The notes below the pieces were generated by a model that made no database searches, had not been told where the DNA came from, and was given only the letters and a program-made list of their open reading frames with translations. DNA of 64,000 bases, from contig OX597834.1 in assembly GCA_951406725.2 (NCBI GenBank), positions 1,116,001 to 1,180,000 on the forward strand, in the 5' to 3' direction. The stretch's first letter is position 1; every line of letters starts with the position of its first letter. Position numbers and translations under genes: made by a program. The DNA is from Octopus vulgaris (taxonomy: Eukaryota). Shown in pieces: positions 42,364 through 57,924 of this stretch.

Positions 42364-42690
42364 TGGCTCAGTGGTTAGAGCGTCGAGCTTACGATCATGA
42401 GGTTGTGAGCTCGAATCCCGGACCGGGCTGCGTGTTGTGTTCTTGAGCAAGGCACTTTATTTCACGTTGCTCCAGTTCACTCAGCTGTAGAAATGAGTTG
42501 CGACGTCACGGGTGCCAAGCTGTATCGACCTTTGTCTTTCCCTTGGATAACACTGGTGGCGTGCAGAGGGGAGGCTGGTATGAATGGGCAACTGCTGGTC
42601 TTCCATAAACAACCTCGCCCGGACTTGTGTGTAGGAGGGTAACTTTCTAGGTGCAATCCCATGGTCTGTGTCGTGACCGAAGGGGGTCTC
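42361..42690 (+). mobile_element. tRNA-derived SINE (third family)
   Basis: A box TGGCTCAGTGG, B box GCTCGAATCCC, then gtgttcttgagcaaggcactttatttcac; related fragments at ~2090-2170, ~48600-48690 and ~54560-54640. Confidence 0.85.
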
Positions 42691-43110
42691 CGAATAACAA
42701 TAATAATAGCGTTATCAATAATATATTGTGGATCTTAACATGTATCGAAACATCAGAAATGGAACTGAAATATTGCACAGTTATATAGATCGGTGGACGT
42801 ATATATGTGCCAATGTGTGTATTTGTATGTAAGTAGGTATACATGCATGTGTATATGCATACATGTATCATACATCTACAAATATATATGAATATATGTA
42901 TTTACATGTATACATGCGGAAACACCCACGGAAAAGCAGATACATATACATAGATATACCGATAGAGAGAGAGAGAGAGAGAGCATTTTATATACATACA
43001 TTCATTTATATTGCAACTATTATCCATAGCAGCAATATGTTTGTGCACACGTTTTGTATGTGAATTATTCAAATATTTCTGTATGTTTATGCGTGTCTTT
43101 TTACGTGTGT

Positions 43111-43222
<112 letters not shown>

Positions 43223-43481
43223 GTGTTGCTTGTTCACAAATTCATAACTTCCCACCCACCAATCCAAACTCACTTTCGCTCGCTGCTGAGAAACTTGTAA
43301 AAGTTTATAAGATCGATACACGCACAGGTGTATACAGGTAGGCACCCCTGCATTGCATATTTCAGTAGTCTAGTAGTTTGTGTATACACCGGTTCATATA
43401 TACCTGTATGAACTTATATGGGAATGTAATATGTATGTACGTATGCATAAACAAATATTTACTCGCCTCCGTAAGTGTGTA

Positions 43482-43543
<62 letters not shown>

Positions 43544-44027
43544 CGTATATATATTCTAACGCAAGCATACTTCAACAGATTTTGTACTCGCCATACGAGC
43601 GAATATACGCTCGAACAATATGCATCTCCCAACCCGTATATAATATCTACCTGCGCAAACTCCACACAGCTCGGCCCATGCGGCCCAGATCGTGGTTCAT
43701 CACACAACTCCATCTCAATCAATATCTACATATATGTATATATATATATGTGTGTGTGCATGTTTGTATATGCGTATATATATAAACACACACATGCACA
43801 CACACACACACGTCCATAAGGTATATGCATACGTATGCACCTGTAAGCTAAGCATATTGTCAGAGGAAAACTACGAAAAGTTTGACTTACCTTGAGAAGA
43901 TCTATTGCATGTTTATCAAGTATTCCAGGTGAGAATATATTCGTTACTGTCGAAAACTATGATCCATGAAACGGAATCCAAGAATCCAATCACGTTCGCA
44001 ATAAATGGGGCTGTGGATTGTGTGTTT

Positions 44028-44090
<63 letters not shown>

Positions 44091-44214
44091 TATATATGCA
44101 GGTAGGAATATATATAATTTTTTTGTGATTTTTTTTTGTTTATATAAGTAAATGTTCCAATTTATACTCTAATATATAGAAATATATATAATATATATTT
44201 ACATATATACATAT

Positions 44215-44263
<49 letters not shown>

Positions 44264-44943
44264 CACCGCTCACAACACAGAATGCACAAGTATACGCTTA
44301 GGCACGTATTAAACAAGACGCGCAAGATCAAAGCAATCTGGCTTTCTTTAAGCCCTCGAAATAGTTGTATAGTTGAGTTCTACTTCCTTATTCAAAGTTG
44401 TCACAGAATTTCTATGTATGCTTCTTTAGTTTTCCGCTGCCAACTATAAATTCTTTCCTTTATTAACGGCCAAATTGAGTGAATATGTCCTTCAGACGGT
44501 GGACTGAATCTAAGGAGTGAAACTCTGGTTGTTTTCCTGGGCGAGAACAAGCAGCTTCTAACGGATTACCTTTACCTGGGAACTACGCTGGATTTCGCCA
44601 CTGAACTTTCCGCTACACCTCCTCCTCCCCTCTTCGATAGATTCGCGCGAACCAAGCAAATCCAACAGGTGCGTACATAACTCATGGAACTGGTGATACT
44701 AAGCCAGTGCGTAGAAATATGCATACAGCTATGTGTGCAAATGTGGGTGTATTCTTATATACATACATACATGTGTGTGTGTGTGTGTGTGTAAATAAAG
44801 TGCCTCTTCTAATGAGTATCATTTAATATACGCAAAAAACTTTACCCAACACAGCTGCACGAAAAGCACGCAGTTCGGTATCTACACTCCTATATGCACA
44901 CTTGTATATGAAATCGTCTCATATACATATATATATATACATA

Positions 44944-45081
<138 letters not shown>

Positions 45082-45105
45082 AGTTTGGATTTATTCCCTA
45101 ATATT

Positions 45106-45147
<42 letters not shown>

Positions 45148-45360
45148 GTATATATATATTGTGTGTGTGTGTGTGTGTATGAATGAATGAATGTATGTAT
45201 ATATATATATATGAAGTATTAGCTGTTTTTACATTTCTTTTCTTTTGTAAAAATACTTTTATTTCTTTTTTTTGCCAGTGGTTAATAAAATATCAATTTA
45301 GCTGTTATAACAAACAATCAAATGTTTACACCTGCTTATCCACATAAAGCTGCTGCGCAC

Positions 45361-45414
<54 letters not shown>

Positions 45415-45620
45415 TTAGGTGTAAAATTCCGAGATGCGTATCAATCAAACTTATCAATGAATACAGGTAGAGAAATATAGATTTAGGGAAATATTTGAAA
45501 TATTTTGCGAAATTTTGTAAAAAAGATATAGAGATTTCTTTTCTTTTACTTTCGTTTTTAGTTCTACCTTTAGTTTTTTGGGGGTTTTTTTTGTCGAAAA
45601 CAATGTTGCCTTTCTTCCCC

Positions 45621-45706
<86 letters not shown>

Positions 45707-46847
45707 CACGCGCGCACACAAGTAGATAGATATAAATCCAATGACAACAGAGAATGTAATATTTACAACAATATCTCAGAATAATATAATCCAGCAAATT
45801 AACGAGTTTCTTTTTTTTTTCCTTTTCTTTTGTTTTCTTTTTCTGAAGAGATTTTCGTTTTGCTTTGTTTTTGTTTTTGGTGCTTTTCTTCTTTTTTAGT
45901 TCTTCATTCCTCCTTTTCTTCCTTCATTCGTTCTCCCTGTCCTTCTTCTCTCTCTTCTTCTTTCATTCTTTATCTCTGCTATCGTTCATAGAACTTTGCC
46001 CATCAAAAATAATTTCCTTTAACCTCTCTCTCTCTTCCTCTTTTCCTTTCTTCGAAACTCTTCTTTTTCTTCCTTTCCTGCTGCTGCTGTTGCTACTGTT
46101 ACAGCCGCTGCTGCTGCTGCTGCTGTGCTTCCTCCCCTCTCCTCCCTCCTACCCCCGCCTTCTGTATCCAATCCATATCTAATCTATAATCTCTGTCAAT
46201 CCTGGATGACGGACTCGTCTCTATTTCATTCCTTCCTTCCTTTCATGTTTCCTCTCTCTCTCTCCTACTTTTCACACTTTCTCCTTATCTCTTTCTCTCT
46301 CCCTCTCTCTTTCTTCTTTCTCTCTTTCTTCATTTCTTCTGCTAATCAATTCCTCCCGTCTCTGCCACCTGCCAGACTAAACTTACCTGTTGTTATTACT
46401 ATTTTCTCGTTGTTGTTGTTGCTATTGTCCTCGCTTTTGTTGGTATTGTAGGTACTGTTGTTGTTGTTGTTGTTCTTGTTCTTGTTTTCTTTGTTTATAC
46501 TGAGTGCTTCCTGCCTTTTGTCTCCAGTTTGCATTTCTTTCGCGCTATCTACCCGTTCCTTCTCTATACTATCCACCCGGAATATTCCTAAAGTCATCCA
46601 CACGGATTTCTCATACTCTCTCCTGCATTGTGCTGGCCCCACGGCTCGGTCTTCACACGTCTACCCTGATCTAACTCGTGTCTGGCATCGGCCGGTTCTA
46701 TCCTATAAAATCCACCCGTCCACCTGGATCCACTCTTATCAACTAGCGTCAATCATTTAATTCGCCCAAATAAACACATCAATGTACACTCATGCAATCA
46801 GAGCCATTCATACACACACGCACACACACACGCACACACACACGCAC

Positions 46848-46907
<60 letters not shown>

Positions 46908-47289
46908 TCCGTGTATGTTAAGAAACGCTGACGTGTTAAAGTTAGCAACTGTAATTGCAAGCTTTCTTCGCGTATTTCGTGCATTGACAATAGAAAGTAT
47001 TCTAATGTTGAAGGTACATAACAGCCCTTACCCCTTACCCGAAGGGAAAAACATGGGCATTGGATGGCATGTATGTATTTTTGAATGTATTCATATGTAT
47101 GAAAGTACGTGCGTATGTACACATGTGTATATATGTATGTATGTGCCTGTTTATATGTATGTATCTATGTGTGCATGTTTTTATATATTTATATATGTAT
47201 GTGTATATATGTATATGAGTGTGCATATATGTATGTGTGTGTGTATGTATGTATGTAAGTATGTATGTGTAACATGAGGCACAGATTAG

Positions 47290-47900
47290 CCTAGGGCTAG
47301 GAGAATTGGATGGAATGTCTGGTAATATTTATTCCGTTTGCCTGCTAGGAAAGTAACGTTCGGCTTCCAGAAACAGACCCTGAGTCTACTGTACGGACTG
47401 TGCAATCTTGTTGTCAGTTTAGCTGACCAGTTAAAATTTCGGATCGCCAACAGTACTTCTACGCAATGACCACGGGACACCTCTATCTATGTGTGATCTG
47501 ATAGAGCCACTCTGCATGCTCTATGTCCATGTGAGAGACCGGCTACATATCTGTTAGACAGCTGGAAGCGTCCGAGTAAACATTTAGTTCCCTTTTATTT
47601 TCATAGTCGCTGCCTCACTGAGCGGCTAAAATGCAATTCCAGTCGCTCGTTGTTATTTATAAGTGAGAGATTTTTTTTTATTTCTAGAAAGTTTATCGAC
47701 GCCTAAAGAACTCAAGCTGCCCTTCCGTCCGCAGGACACAGACGGCTATCCGACTTAATGCAATGCCTTCTCTGCTGCTCGTCTCCAGCACGACCGACTT
47801 ATAAACTTGTCACCCTACCGTTCCATCTTCACACAAGGTGAAACTGGTTATTCGTTATCACAAAAAACATGAACTGACCCAGGGCTAATCAACAACAGTA
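47290..47900 (-). pseudogene. Decayed L1/Tx1-type APE endonuclease fragment
   Basis: Frameshifted minus-strand motifs RIAVCVL..EGQLEFFR, SDWNCIL (GDWN), TDNK (TDH) and FWKPN..FL (YWKLN..LL) in the expected order. Confidence 0.55.
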
Positions 47901-49329
47901 ATTATTCAATAAAGAGAACTTGAAAGGCGTTTTCATATGCTCATTCTCTCTGCTAGAAAGGCTAGCCAAACTCCCATTAATCCCCTGCTGCTTAGGAAAG
48001 TAAGGGCACATTAGATCCACTTTTCCTATAGAAACTCGAACTGCCATAATTAGGGTTTGGGTTAGGATAGAGGTCTGGTGGATCACAGTAAACCTGGGGT
48101 TAACAACAACAGGAAAGAGGAAGACATTTGATAATGTAGTCCTAGATACACTATAGCTAAAATGAAATAGGCTATTCTGCAGAAAGCCGGGCAAATTTGC
48201 GGTTGAGCAAATATATCTGGGGATCACACAAGGCAACAGAGAAAAGCCACGTTATGGATCAGTGTGTGCAATATTTTAATCGATACTGTAACAACCCGTA
48301 ATCCTATAATCGATGAAATGACGACCACAAGCTCTTCTGAAATATTGCAGGCAGAGTTGAGAGGTATCGGAGCCTACACGGCCGGGTGCTCGGGAGGCTC
48401 GCTTTGCCCCTCACCGGGTTTCCATTCAGTTTTACAGTGACGTGGCACTTTGGGCAAGTGCCTTCTACTATGAAAAGGGGTCAAGTTACCTTCTGGAGTC
48501 ATATCATCTCATAAGGGCTGGTTTCCCGGTTTCCATGGCATATATATTCTCCACCTGGATGGGACCGTCGCAGGATTAACTCATTTTTGCCCCCTGGGTG
48601 GACTGAAGCAACGTGAAATGAAGGGTTTTTCTCAAGAACACAACGTGTCACCCGGTCATCAGTCTAACACCCTAGCCACTAAGCCACGCGCCTACCCTTC
48701 TACCATATCGCTGGGCAGACCAATGCTTTGATTTAGATTGTTAGAGGGGAAACTGTGTGGAAGCTCATCGTAAATGAGTGCGTGAGTATGTTTTTGTGTA
48801 TGTGTGTGTGGTGTGTGAGTGCGTGTGCGTGCATGTGCGTGTGTGTATGCGTGCATGTATGCGTATAAATGCATGTTTTTGTATTTGTTGCTTCAGCGTC
48901 GCTTGACAACTGGGGTTGGTTTGGTTACGTCCTCACAATTTCGCAGTTCGATCAGGTACCGATGGAATACCCGATTTAATACCAAGTCCTGGGCTCCATT
49001 TGGTCGACTAAACACTTCAAGGCGTTGCCCGTGCCCCAGCATGGCCGTAATCCAACGAATGAAACAAGTAAAAGATAATATTCTCGTCTTTTCTTTTAAA
49101 ATGGAACAAATGGCGTTTTATGATCACCAGGTATGGACAGACAGACAGACAGGTGACCGGAAGTAAGATTGTATGTTGACAACTTGAATTGTAATGGTCG
49201 ATAAGGACTGGACACACGTTCCTCTGGGCCAACAATAGAAAGAAACTCTATGGTTGCTACTACTAACTGTGGGACTAACTGGTTATGTTGAACTACTACT
49301 ACTACTACTTCTACTACTACTACTACTAG

Positions 49330-50980
49330 GTAAATAACAACACCAAAATATTCAAACAGCCACTACTAGAAGAACAACAGCGACGGAAGCTGTTGATGGC
49401 AGCCAAACGTGCAAGACATAACAGTCTTTCACAAATCACAAGCGACCAAGCAGAAGGACATATTGGGCATTGTAGTGGTAGATAAACAATTAGAGGACAG
49501 TGGTTGTGTTAGGAGTGCTTTTGATTAAACGTCAGTTGGTTTGTTAACTACGATGAACAACAGTGAATAGAGATGAACCACCGTGAACAACACTTCAAAG
49601 CAGTTAAAGACAAGCATAAATGACCGACAGTAAACACGTGGCAGGAAACAACAGTTAACACACATTGATGGATGTTATATGCCGGTGGAAAACAGTGGAT
49701 AATGGTGAACACGAGTCAATACCATTAAACAGAAGTGAACTATAAAAGTGTTAGATGAACAATGAACAGACGATTAATCGCCAGGGAACAAAGTCAAACT
49801 TCAAACACTCGTGTAAACGGAAGAACAAGCGAGACAAAAGTTGACAAAATATTAACAAGGATTAACATTAACGATAAATGAACAACCATGAACATGATGA
49901 AAGACAAAGATCAAGGAACAGCTGTCGTAAAAAGAAGGGTTAAACGACAGGTGATGAAGTTCAAAAAGCAAATTCGAACAAAATGGTGAACAAATATTGA
50001 ATTATTTCATGAACGACAGTTAATGGTAATTTATGTAAAATAACAACAGTGAATAACAAAAACAATTTGCAAGCGTGAATAGCATAGTGAACGCTAAATA
50101 TAAATGAACAGCAATAAACCAAGATATCAACTGTGAGCAACGATGAACGCTGAAGATCAATAAACAACAAGCAAGAAGGATCTTTTCTGGGAGTTTTCTT
50201 TAAAGTTTGATCATTTTTACCTAGTCAGACAACAGGATTTGGAAACTGTTATTTTGTGTGTGACAGCAAATGTTGTCAACTTAAAACAAATGAAATATTG
50301 GCGGAATTCCGCTTTACGCCATATAAACCCCTCGTAATATTTTCATGTTTTGGAATTTTCAGAAAATCTTTTCCGATCTATACTCCACACACAGGAATTC
50401 ATTCGATTAAGCAAAAACCAAGGCAAAATATTTGGGGGTGAGTGATTTAAGGTGTATTTAGCTGTTATTTTTAGCACATTTCACGATAAGTTAACACGTG
50501 CTTTCTCGCAGACAAAATAGTTCTTATGCTTGGCTTGTTACTATGGAAACAGGCATGAATGTGTCTAGCTTACGACTGGCTAATATTACCCAAGATTTGC
50601 AAACTTTAAAAGCTAGCTACTTTTTATTTATTGATTTATTGCAAAAATGAATTTTATGTCGATTATTAGCATACAAAACTACATCATTACACCAAGTATG
50701 AAGTTAATTGGAACAGAAATTGAAGAAATTGAAAAGTAGCGGCCAAACAGAATAGATCCAACAATAAAATGAACAAATGTTGTTTATCAATGAACAACGT
50801 CAAGTGGTGAACAAACAGAAACAAACAGTGAACAATATCGAAAGCTGTAGATTGATAAAATCATCGATCATTCACGAAGGAGCTTTAATGAACAATAAAA
50901 ACATCGAACAATATCGAGAACAATGAACAAACGAAAGAAGCAGTGAACAAACAGCTGATAAACACAATAAGAGAGGAAAC
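49330..50980. repeat. Highly diverged A-rich minisatellite-like tract (gtgaacaa/aacag units), interrupted at ~50180-50750
   Basis: Dozens of tgaac/aacag/taaac words with strong strand asymmetry and no long ORF. Confidence 0.6.
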
Positions 50981-51232
50981 ACACGGTCTGCTAAATCGTC
51001 GCTAGAGCTGCTAGAAAGAGCAGCCAAATTTCCAGTCAAATCATGCCCTGTTGCGTTAAACACAGGAGAAAGAATGCAGTTTCTGATATAGAGTGGATGG
51101 TCATGGCAGGAATGGCTTTGATCATAGTACTGCGTTAGACAAAGATGAAGGCTGGCTAAACCATAACCATGTAGGAAGTACAAAGCCTTCGGAACTGAGG
51201 ACAACAACAGCAGTAGTAGCAGGGGCGGCGTC

Positions 51233-51267
<35 letters not shown>

Positions 51268-51343
51268 CAATAGCAGTAGTAGCAGTAGCTACAGAAATAA
51301 TGCTAACTACAGCGAGATGAATACCAAGTGAGATATTCATCTC

Positions 51344-51408
<65 letters not shown>

Positions 51409-51561
51409 GGGGGGATCGACAGCAGTAGTAGAATCAGCTGTTGTAGTGCAGTACAGTAAGAACTGTAGAAGACGGATCAGCAGTAGAAGTAGTAGCGGTA
51501 GCAACGGCAGCAGTAGACAGAGGAGAGCAGCAGTGATTGAAGTAAGAATTATAGAGATTGC

Positions 51562-51651
<90 letters not shown>

Positions 51652-52740
51652 GCGGCGTGTGTGTGTGTGTCTGTGTGTATAATTTGATAATGTATAATAT
51701 GTGTGTGCGTGTGTGTGTAGAGGTTAAATTCTCGCCGATGCAATTACGTGAGATGAACATTTCAATTGTTATTGTTCTCTGGTTGGAAGACAACACTTCC
51801 TATATTTAGCAACAGCAGATCCACAGAGAATGAGAGAAGAATCTGTCTTGTGAAATGATTGGTTCTTCTTAATTGGTCTTGGTATCATCTGTAAAACATC
51901 TCTACCTCATGATGCTAAAAAAAGATTTTTCTCTGCTACATTGGGATCGGTGCTATGCTTCCGCTTGTTGGACACTCACCAAACTCCAGGAGATGAAGCT
52001 CGATGGCGGTTACATCATTGTATGTTAGGGGCCTTTCTCATGATCTACTGGGAAATACGTTGGACCTAAAATATGATTTTATGGCAGGTTTGGGGTACTG
52101 TCGCGTAGATGAGATGCAAATTTTGTACAAGTATTTGGGGCAAAGGAGTAAGTCGGCAGGGGTTTATATTTTCCATCTTATTTCCTATGTGTAAATTATT
52201 TCTTAAATATCAATAAATGAAAGAACTTTTTGGATATTCCAAATAGTATTTTGACGGCAACAAGATATTATGGTGTATATATATATTTGAGGTGTATATA
52301 ATTATAGTTTATACATAATTGTGCTAAGTCAGAGAGCCGGTAGAATCATTGGCGCATCGAACAAAATGCTTAGTGGCATTTTACTGGATCATTAGGTTCT
52401 GAGTTCAAATTCCGCCTTCGGAGTCGATAAAATAATGCACCAGTGAAGAACTGACTTTAGCCTCCCATTAAAATTGCTGCCCTTCGAACCCTGTGTCCTT
52501 TCAACCGGCGTCCCGTTCAGCGGGCGATATTGTAATCACAGGTTATTGGTTAGGGGTCAAGAAAAATAATATAGTTGCATTGAATAATAACCAGCGAGAA
52601 GATTCGTGAAAAAGTATTTGTAAAAGTAAAGGACGAGATTATTTGAACAAGTTGGGAATCTGTATGAAAATAGAACTTACGGAGAGCTTATGAGTTATTA
52701 TTTGATAACTCATTAGTGATCTATACATGTAGATCCGATT

Positions 52741-52888
52741 GGTTTCCATCTACCAAATTCACTTACAAAGCTTTGGTCGCCCGAGGCAAGAATAGAAGAC
52801 TCTTGGCCAAGGTGCCTCGCAGTGGGACTGAACCCGGAACCATACGATAGGGATGCAAGCTCCTTACCACACAGACATGCCTGCACCT
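52741..52888 (-). mobile_element. SINE 5' half (dominant family)
   Basis: ccaaggtgcctcgcagtgggactgaacccggaacca...ttaccacacag. Confidence 0.8.
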
Positions 52889-53719
52889 ACATATGTGTGT
52901 GTATGTGCGTGCGTGTGTACATACAGACAGAAAATACAAATCCTTAATTCATACGCTACAAAGGATTACGATATCTGAGACAATAAAAATCTGCAAGACC
53001 TTCTTAAGACTTCAAGAATGACAGTTAAAACAAGATGCTTTCCTTCAAATCCTTGCTACTAAATATGTGGCCGCTTAAAATTTGCTCTAAATTAAAAAGA
53101 AAAAGAGAACATCGTTACATAGGTTGCTTTAGAGGAGTTGAAGCTCAAATCAAATATTTCTTTCCCAAAAGAAGGAAGGAATGGTAATTACCAAAAGTTA
53201 TATCAGAGATAACGGTGGAACAGTTCAGCTGCTATTCCAACGTTATCGTCGTTCAGTCGTAAAATATTAGTTCTTACCATGAGCTTCCATGACGATAGAA
53301 CCCTTAAATAGATTAATCAATGAAGTAAAATTTTGGCCATAAACGGTATTTGACGAAATGAGAGTTCCTGTTATTTGGCACCGTTGGCCATAAAATTAGT
53401 AGCTGTTCCTTCTTTACTGCACCCCCGTCGGCTGGACGTAAAAACATAATTGATGAAAGAGAAGTCATATTGTGAAGAGAAAGTTATCCTATTAAATATC
53501 TCTAGCTTACAAGTAAAGTCTACGAGATTATAACTTCAGCTTTCATATTGCGCAACGACGGCTGTAATGTCCTGATGGCGACACTGGAGGCTCACTGTTT
53601 ATAGATCCGCCTTCGACGTCGCCATCTTCTTTGTTCCTGATTTCTCTGTGACTTTTTATAAAACTTGGAGGCATGCATAAATAACTAGCTTTACCCATAT
53701 GCAGCACAATTATCTGTGT

Positions 53720-54115
53720 GTGTGAATGCGTGTATGTGTGTTTGTTCCCCCACCACTGTTTGACAACCGGTGTCGGTGTGAACGGAAATTAGCGGTTCGA
53801 CAAAAGACGCCGATAGAATAAGTACCGAGCTTTAAAGATATAAATACTGAGGTCGATTCATTCGACTACAAATTCTTCAAGGTGCTGCTGTGGCATGGCC
53901 TCAGTCTAATGACTGAAACGGGAAAGATTAAAGATAATAACTGCTGCTATGTGGTAAGACGCTTGCTTCTCGACCACATGGTTCCGAGTTCAGTCCAACT
54001 CTGTGGCACCTTGGGCAAGTATCTTCTATTATAGCCACGGGTCGACATAAGCCTTCTAAGTCGATTCGGTAGACAGAAACGGAAAGAAGCTCGTCCTAAA
54101 CATACATACATACGT

Positions 54116-54174
<59 letters not shown>

Positions 54175-54445
54175 TACATACATACATACATACATACATA
54201 CATACATACATGTATCAATGTGTGAGCGTCATTATGCTTTTGTTTGTCCCCGCCTCACCGCTTGACAACCGGTGTGGGTGTATTTACGTCCCCGTAGCTT
54301 AGAGCTTCGACAAAAGAGGTCAATAGAATAAGCACCAGACTTTAAATAAAAGTAAGTCCTGGGATCGACTTGTTCGACTAAGACCCCTAAAAAGCGGTGC
54401 CCCAGCATGGCCGCAGTCAAATGAATGACACAAATAAAAATAATA
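53720..54445 (+). mobile_element. SINE 3' half followed by a full SINE copy (dominant family)
   Basis: Tail at 53740-53935, then head-to-tail copy 53945-54445 with internal (CA)n/(CATA)n. Confidence 0.8.
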
Positions 54446-54711
54446 ATAATGGACTTCCTATTATGATGATGTGTTCACAGTGATCACATGTTTGCGTGCA
54501 CATCAGCTCACTCCCTCCATCAAATCGACATTACCTGCACAGGTGCACCGTGTGCCAAATGATCGCAGATCAACGAGAAAAAAGTGCTTTGCTCAAGAAA
54601 GAAACGCAACGCCCTGTCTGGGAATCGAAACGACGATCTCGCAATGCACCTTCATATATATACATATATACATATATATATACATATATACATATATATA
54701 TACATATATAC

Positions 54712-54787
<76 letters not shown>

Positions 54788-54874
54788 TACTTTGCTTTGT
54801 TTATATATATTGTTATTATTTTTTATTTTGCTGCCTTCATAGGCGTGGTTGTGTGGTAAATAGCTTGCTTACTT

Positions 54875-55779
54875 CCGGTTGGTCTGGACTGTTGTGAGAA
54901 GATGTGATTTTCGGCTCCGTAAACAGAAAAAAAGAACAAAAAGAATAATTGTCAATTATGGCTCGCTATGGCGAGCAAAATACTGGTTCTCATCACCGTA
55001 ACGGTGAGTTGAGAATTTTTTCTTGAAATTCTTTTTGTAAATTCTAGTGGGCGTATCTCACCAGAAAAATAAGAATAAGCCATTTGGATTACCTTTTTGG
55101 ATTACCATTTTTGGAGTATTATACAAAGGATTCCTTGTCTGTGTTATTTGTGAGGTTTTTCTATTACTTTTCCCTTCTTTTATTTTTTCTTTCTTTCTAA
55201 ATTTTGGTTCATTCTTTTCATTACTTTAATTTCAGTTTCCTCCCCTCCTCTTTTATTTTGTTTTATTTTTATTCGGTTAAATTTTTTGGCGGATTGTCTT
55301 TTGAACTACTTTTGAACTGTTTTTTGACATGGCAGAGAAGGAACTTAAAAAGAAAAACTCTGTCTTAGAGTGGGTTAAAAGATATGGAGGAGAAGACTGT
55401 GGTACTTAGAACTTATTCTAAAGTTCTTAATTCCATCACCGTCTTTCCAAAACAAGTCATAAAAAATGAACTTAAAGAATATTTGTCCTCTTTAAAATAT
55501 ATATCTCGTGGTGTCAAACATGCAACTATATGGTTGCTGTTTGACGACGGGGAAAAAGCTCGCCAGTTTGCGAGTCAGCCTTTAGAAGGCAAGGAAATTC
55601 TGTTCCTTCCGTCATATTGTGGAAGAAAATTAATACGAGCCTGGGTATGTGGGTTATCCCAGGCACCGAAGCGGATTGGATTGAAAATACCATCCGACGG
55701 GACTGGGAGATGGCGGGCTCAGGATCTTAAATGTAAGGGTATTGCCGGCGGTCGATTGGGATGGGACAATACTTCGTGA
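54875..55779 (+). mobile_element. 5' UTR and truncated ORF1 of an L1/Tx1-like LINE
   Basis: T-rich leader, ATG at 55329 (MAEKELKKKN) frameshifting into the non-repetitive ORF 55384..55779 (KTVVLRTYS...LKYISRGVKHATIWLLFDDGEKARQF...LFLPSYCGRK), RRM-like pattern; interrupts a SINE head at 54840-54875. Confidence 0.55.
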
Positions 55780-56065
55780 ATGCTATTTGATCGACAGTAA
55801 CTTTGCGGAAACACGGTGGACATATGAGCATGCAAGCATACATACATACATACATACATACATACATACATACATACATACATACATACATACATACACA
55901 CATACTATACATAAACACTAATAAATGCAAGTAGAATAACGTATTTTCGGATATTCTAAAATTGTTGACACAACAGAAACAATTGTTTCTCTTAGAAGAA
56001 GAATTCTACAATTAAAGAAGTGATTTCGTCTATACGTAATTTTGTTTATATATACATATATATAC

Positions 56066-56142
<77 letters not shown>

Positions 56143-56257
56143 TATAAATTCGGGGTGAGTACTTGATAATTATAAGCACCTGTGTATACCGTTTGGTGGT
56201 GTAGGTGGTGGAGTAAATTGATCAAAATAAAAATAAAAACATGAGGCGAAGGATTCA

Positions 56258-56335
56258 GCGGTACATATGTTTCGGGCCTTTATTAGACAGATTTATAACA
56301 AAGCATAATGTATGTCTGTGGCCTTCTTCAGCCGC
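56258..56335 (-). ncRNA. Type I hammerhead ribozyme in the 3' pseudo-LTR
   Basis: gcgg CTGAAGA aggccacagac...gtctaataaaggccc GAAA catatg TA ccgc; stem I gcgg/ccgc, 51-nt stem II region, palindromic stem III, GUA triplet. Confidence 0.88.
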
Positions 56336-57924
56336 GCACAACAGCTTCCACAAGGACATGTGTTACATCAAAAATTCTTGGTTGGGAATGCAAATCCTCT
56401 CGTTCACGTACGACATAATGCGGCAGCAGCATAGAATTGAAGCGTCCATCTCTTTCTTCTCTCAATGTAGAATAGAGGAAACTTGGATGTTGAGGTAATG
56501 TAAATAAATAAGTACGTATATAGAGGTGAAGATGGAGGGGCGAGAGTTCGGGACGAGGGATAAAAAATATATATAAGAAATGTACGTATAGAATAATATA
56601 AAAATGTAGAGGATAAAGATATAAAGAGTTGTAAGGAGATGTAAAGGGGGTATAAAGAAATATAAAGAAATATAAATAAATGTAAAGGCATAAGGTTGTA
56701 AAGTAAAAATAGAAATGGAAATAATAGTAAAAGAAGTAAAAGAACCTGATAAAAACATGATAAAAGTGTAAAAGAATGTAAAGATAAGGGATGTATAGAG
56801 GTCGCGGACCAAGCATGGTGGTCAGGAGATTGATAAAACTTAGTTGTAGAACTGTCAGTAAATTAACAGTTTCGTCGTAAATCAGAGCTGATGAGAATTT
56901 AATCTGGTTCCTTGAATTAAATGGACTTCCAGTACATACATATCATCATGGGTACATACACCCACATACACGCGTACATATACGTCTCCAAGCCTATAAG
57001 CATACACACGCACTCGCGTGTAAACACGTACATAAACACACACGCACCCACACGCACGCGCGCACACACACATACATACAACAGAATATCCGCATATATA
57101 GACGGACATTACGCGCGTACACGCTCACATGTATATACGCGCGCCCCTCACTACATACACACACGTATATGCCCACGCCTCTAGGTCTAGGTATAAGATA
57201 TTAAAGGATGTGTATAAGAACGTATGTAAAGAATCCCGTACTCATGTTAATACGCGCACGCACACACGGCTGTGTGTCCGTATGTGCGTGCACATATACA
57301 CTCACATACACACACAGAGACACACGCGCACATGGGTATAGCATATGTATGTATGCGCATACACACGTACGCGGACGCTCGCATACTCAAAAGGCGGATC
57401 CATAGGTAAGTAAATAAACATATATAGAGGTGTAAAGCGATAAATTAGGGGTAAGAATGAGGGTAAGGGTAAAGATTAGAAATAAAAAATACAGTATAAA
57501 ATAAGAAATACAATGTAATAGTTAGAAATGAAATATAAGAATTATAAGGGTTATAAGAGTTAAGGTAAGGGATGAAAATGAAAATGAGAGTAAATGGAAG
57601 TAGAATAAAAGTAAAAATAAAATTAAAAATAAAAATAAATGGAAGTAGGATAAAAGTAAAAATAAAAATAAAAATAAAAATAAAATAAAATAAAATAAAA
57701 AAATAAGGTAAAAATATAATTTTGTAAAGTTTAACATGAGATGGAGGTGGCACACATATATATATATATATGTATATGTACACATACGTACACGTATGTG
57801 CACATACACACGCACACACACACACACACACACATACACACGCACATATAGGAAAGCGGGATGTGCTGGAGCCGACAGGTTGCACCGGGTGGGAGGAAAT
57901 AGCATGGGGGAGTTGGTATAAGAC

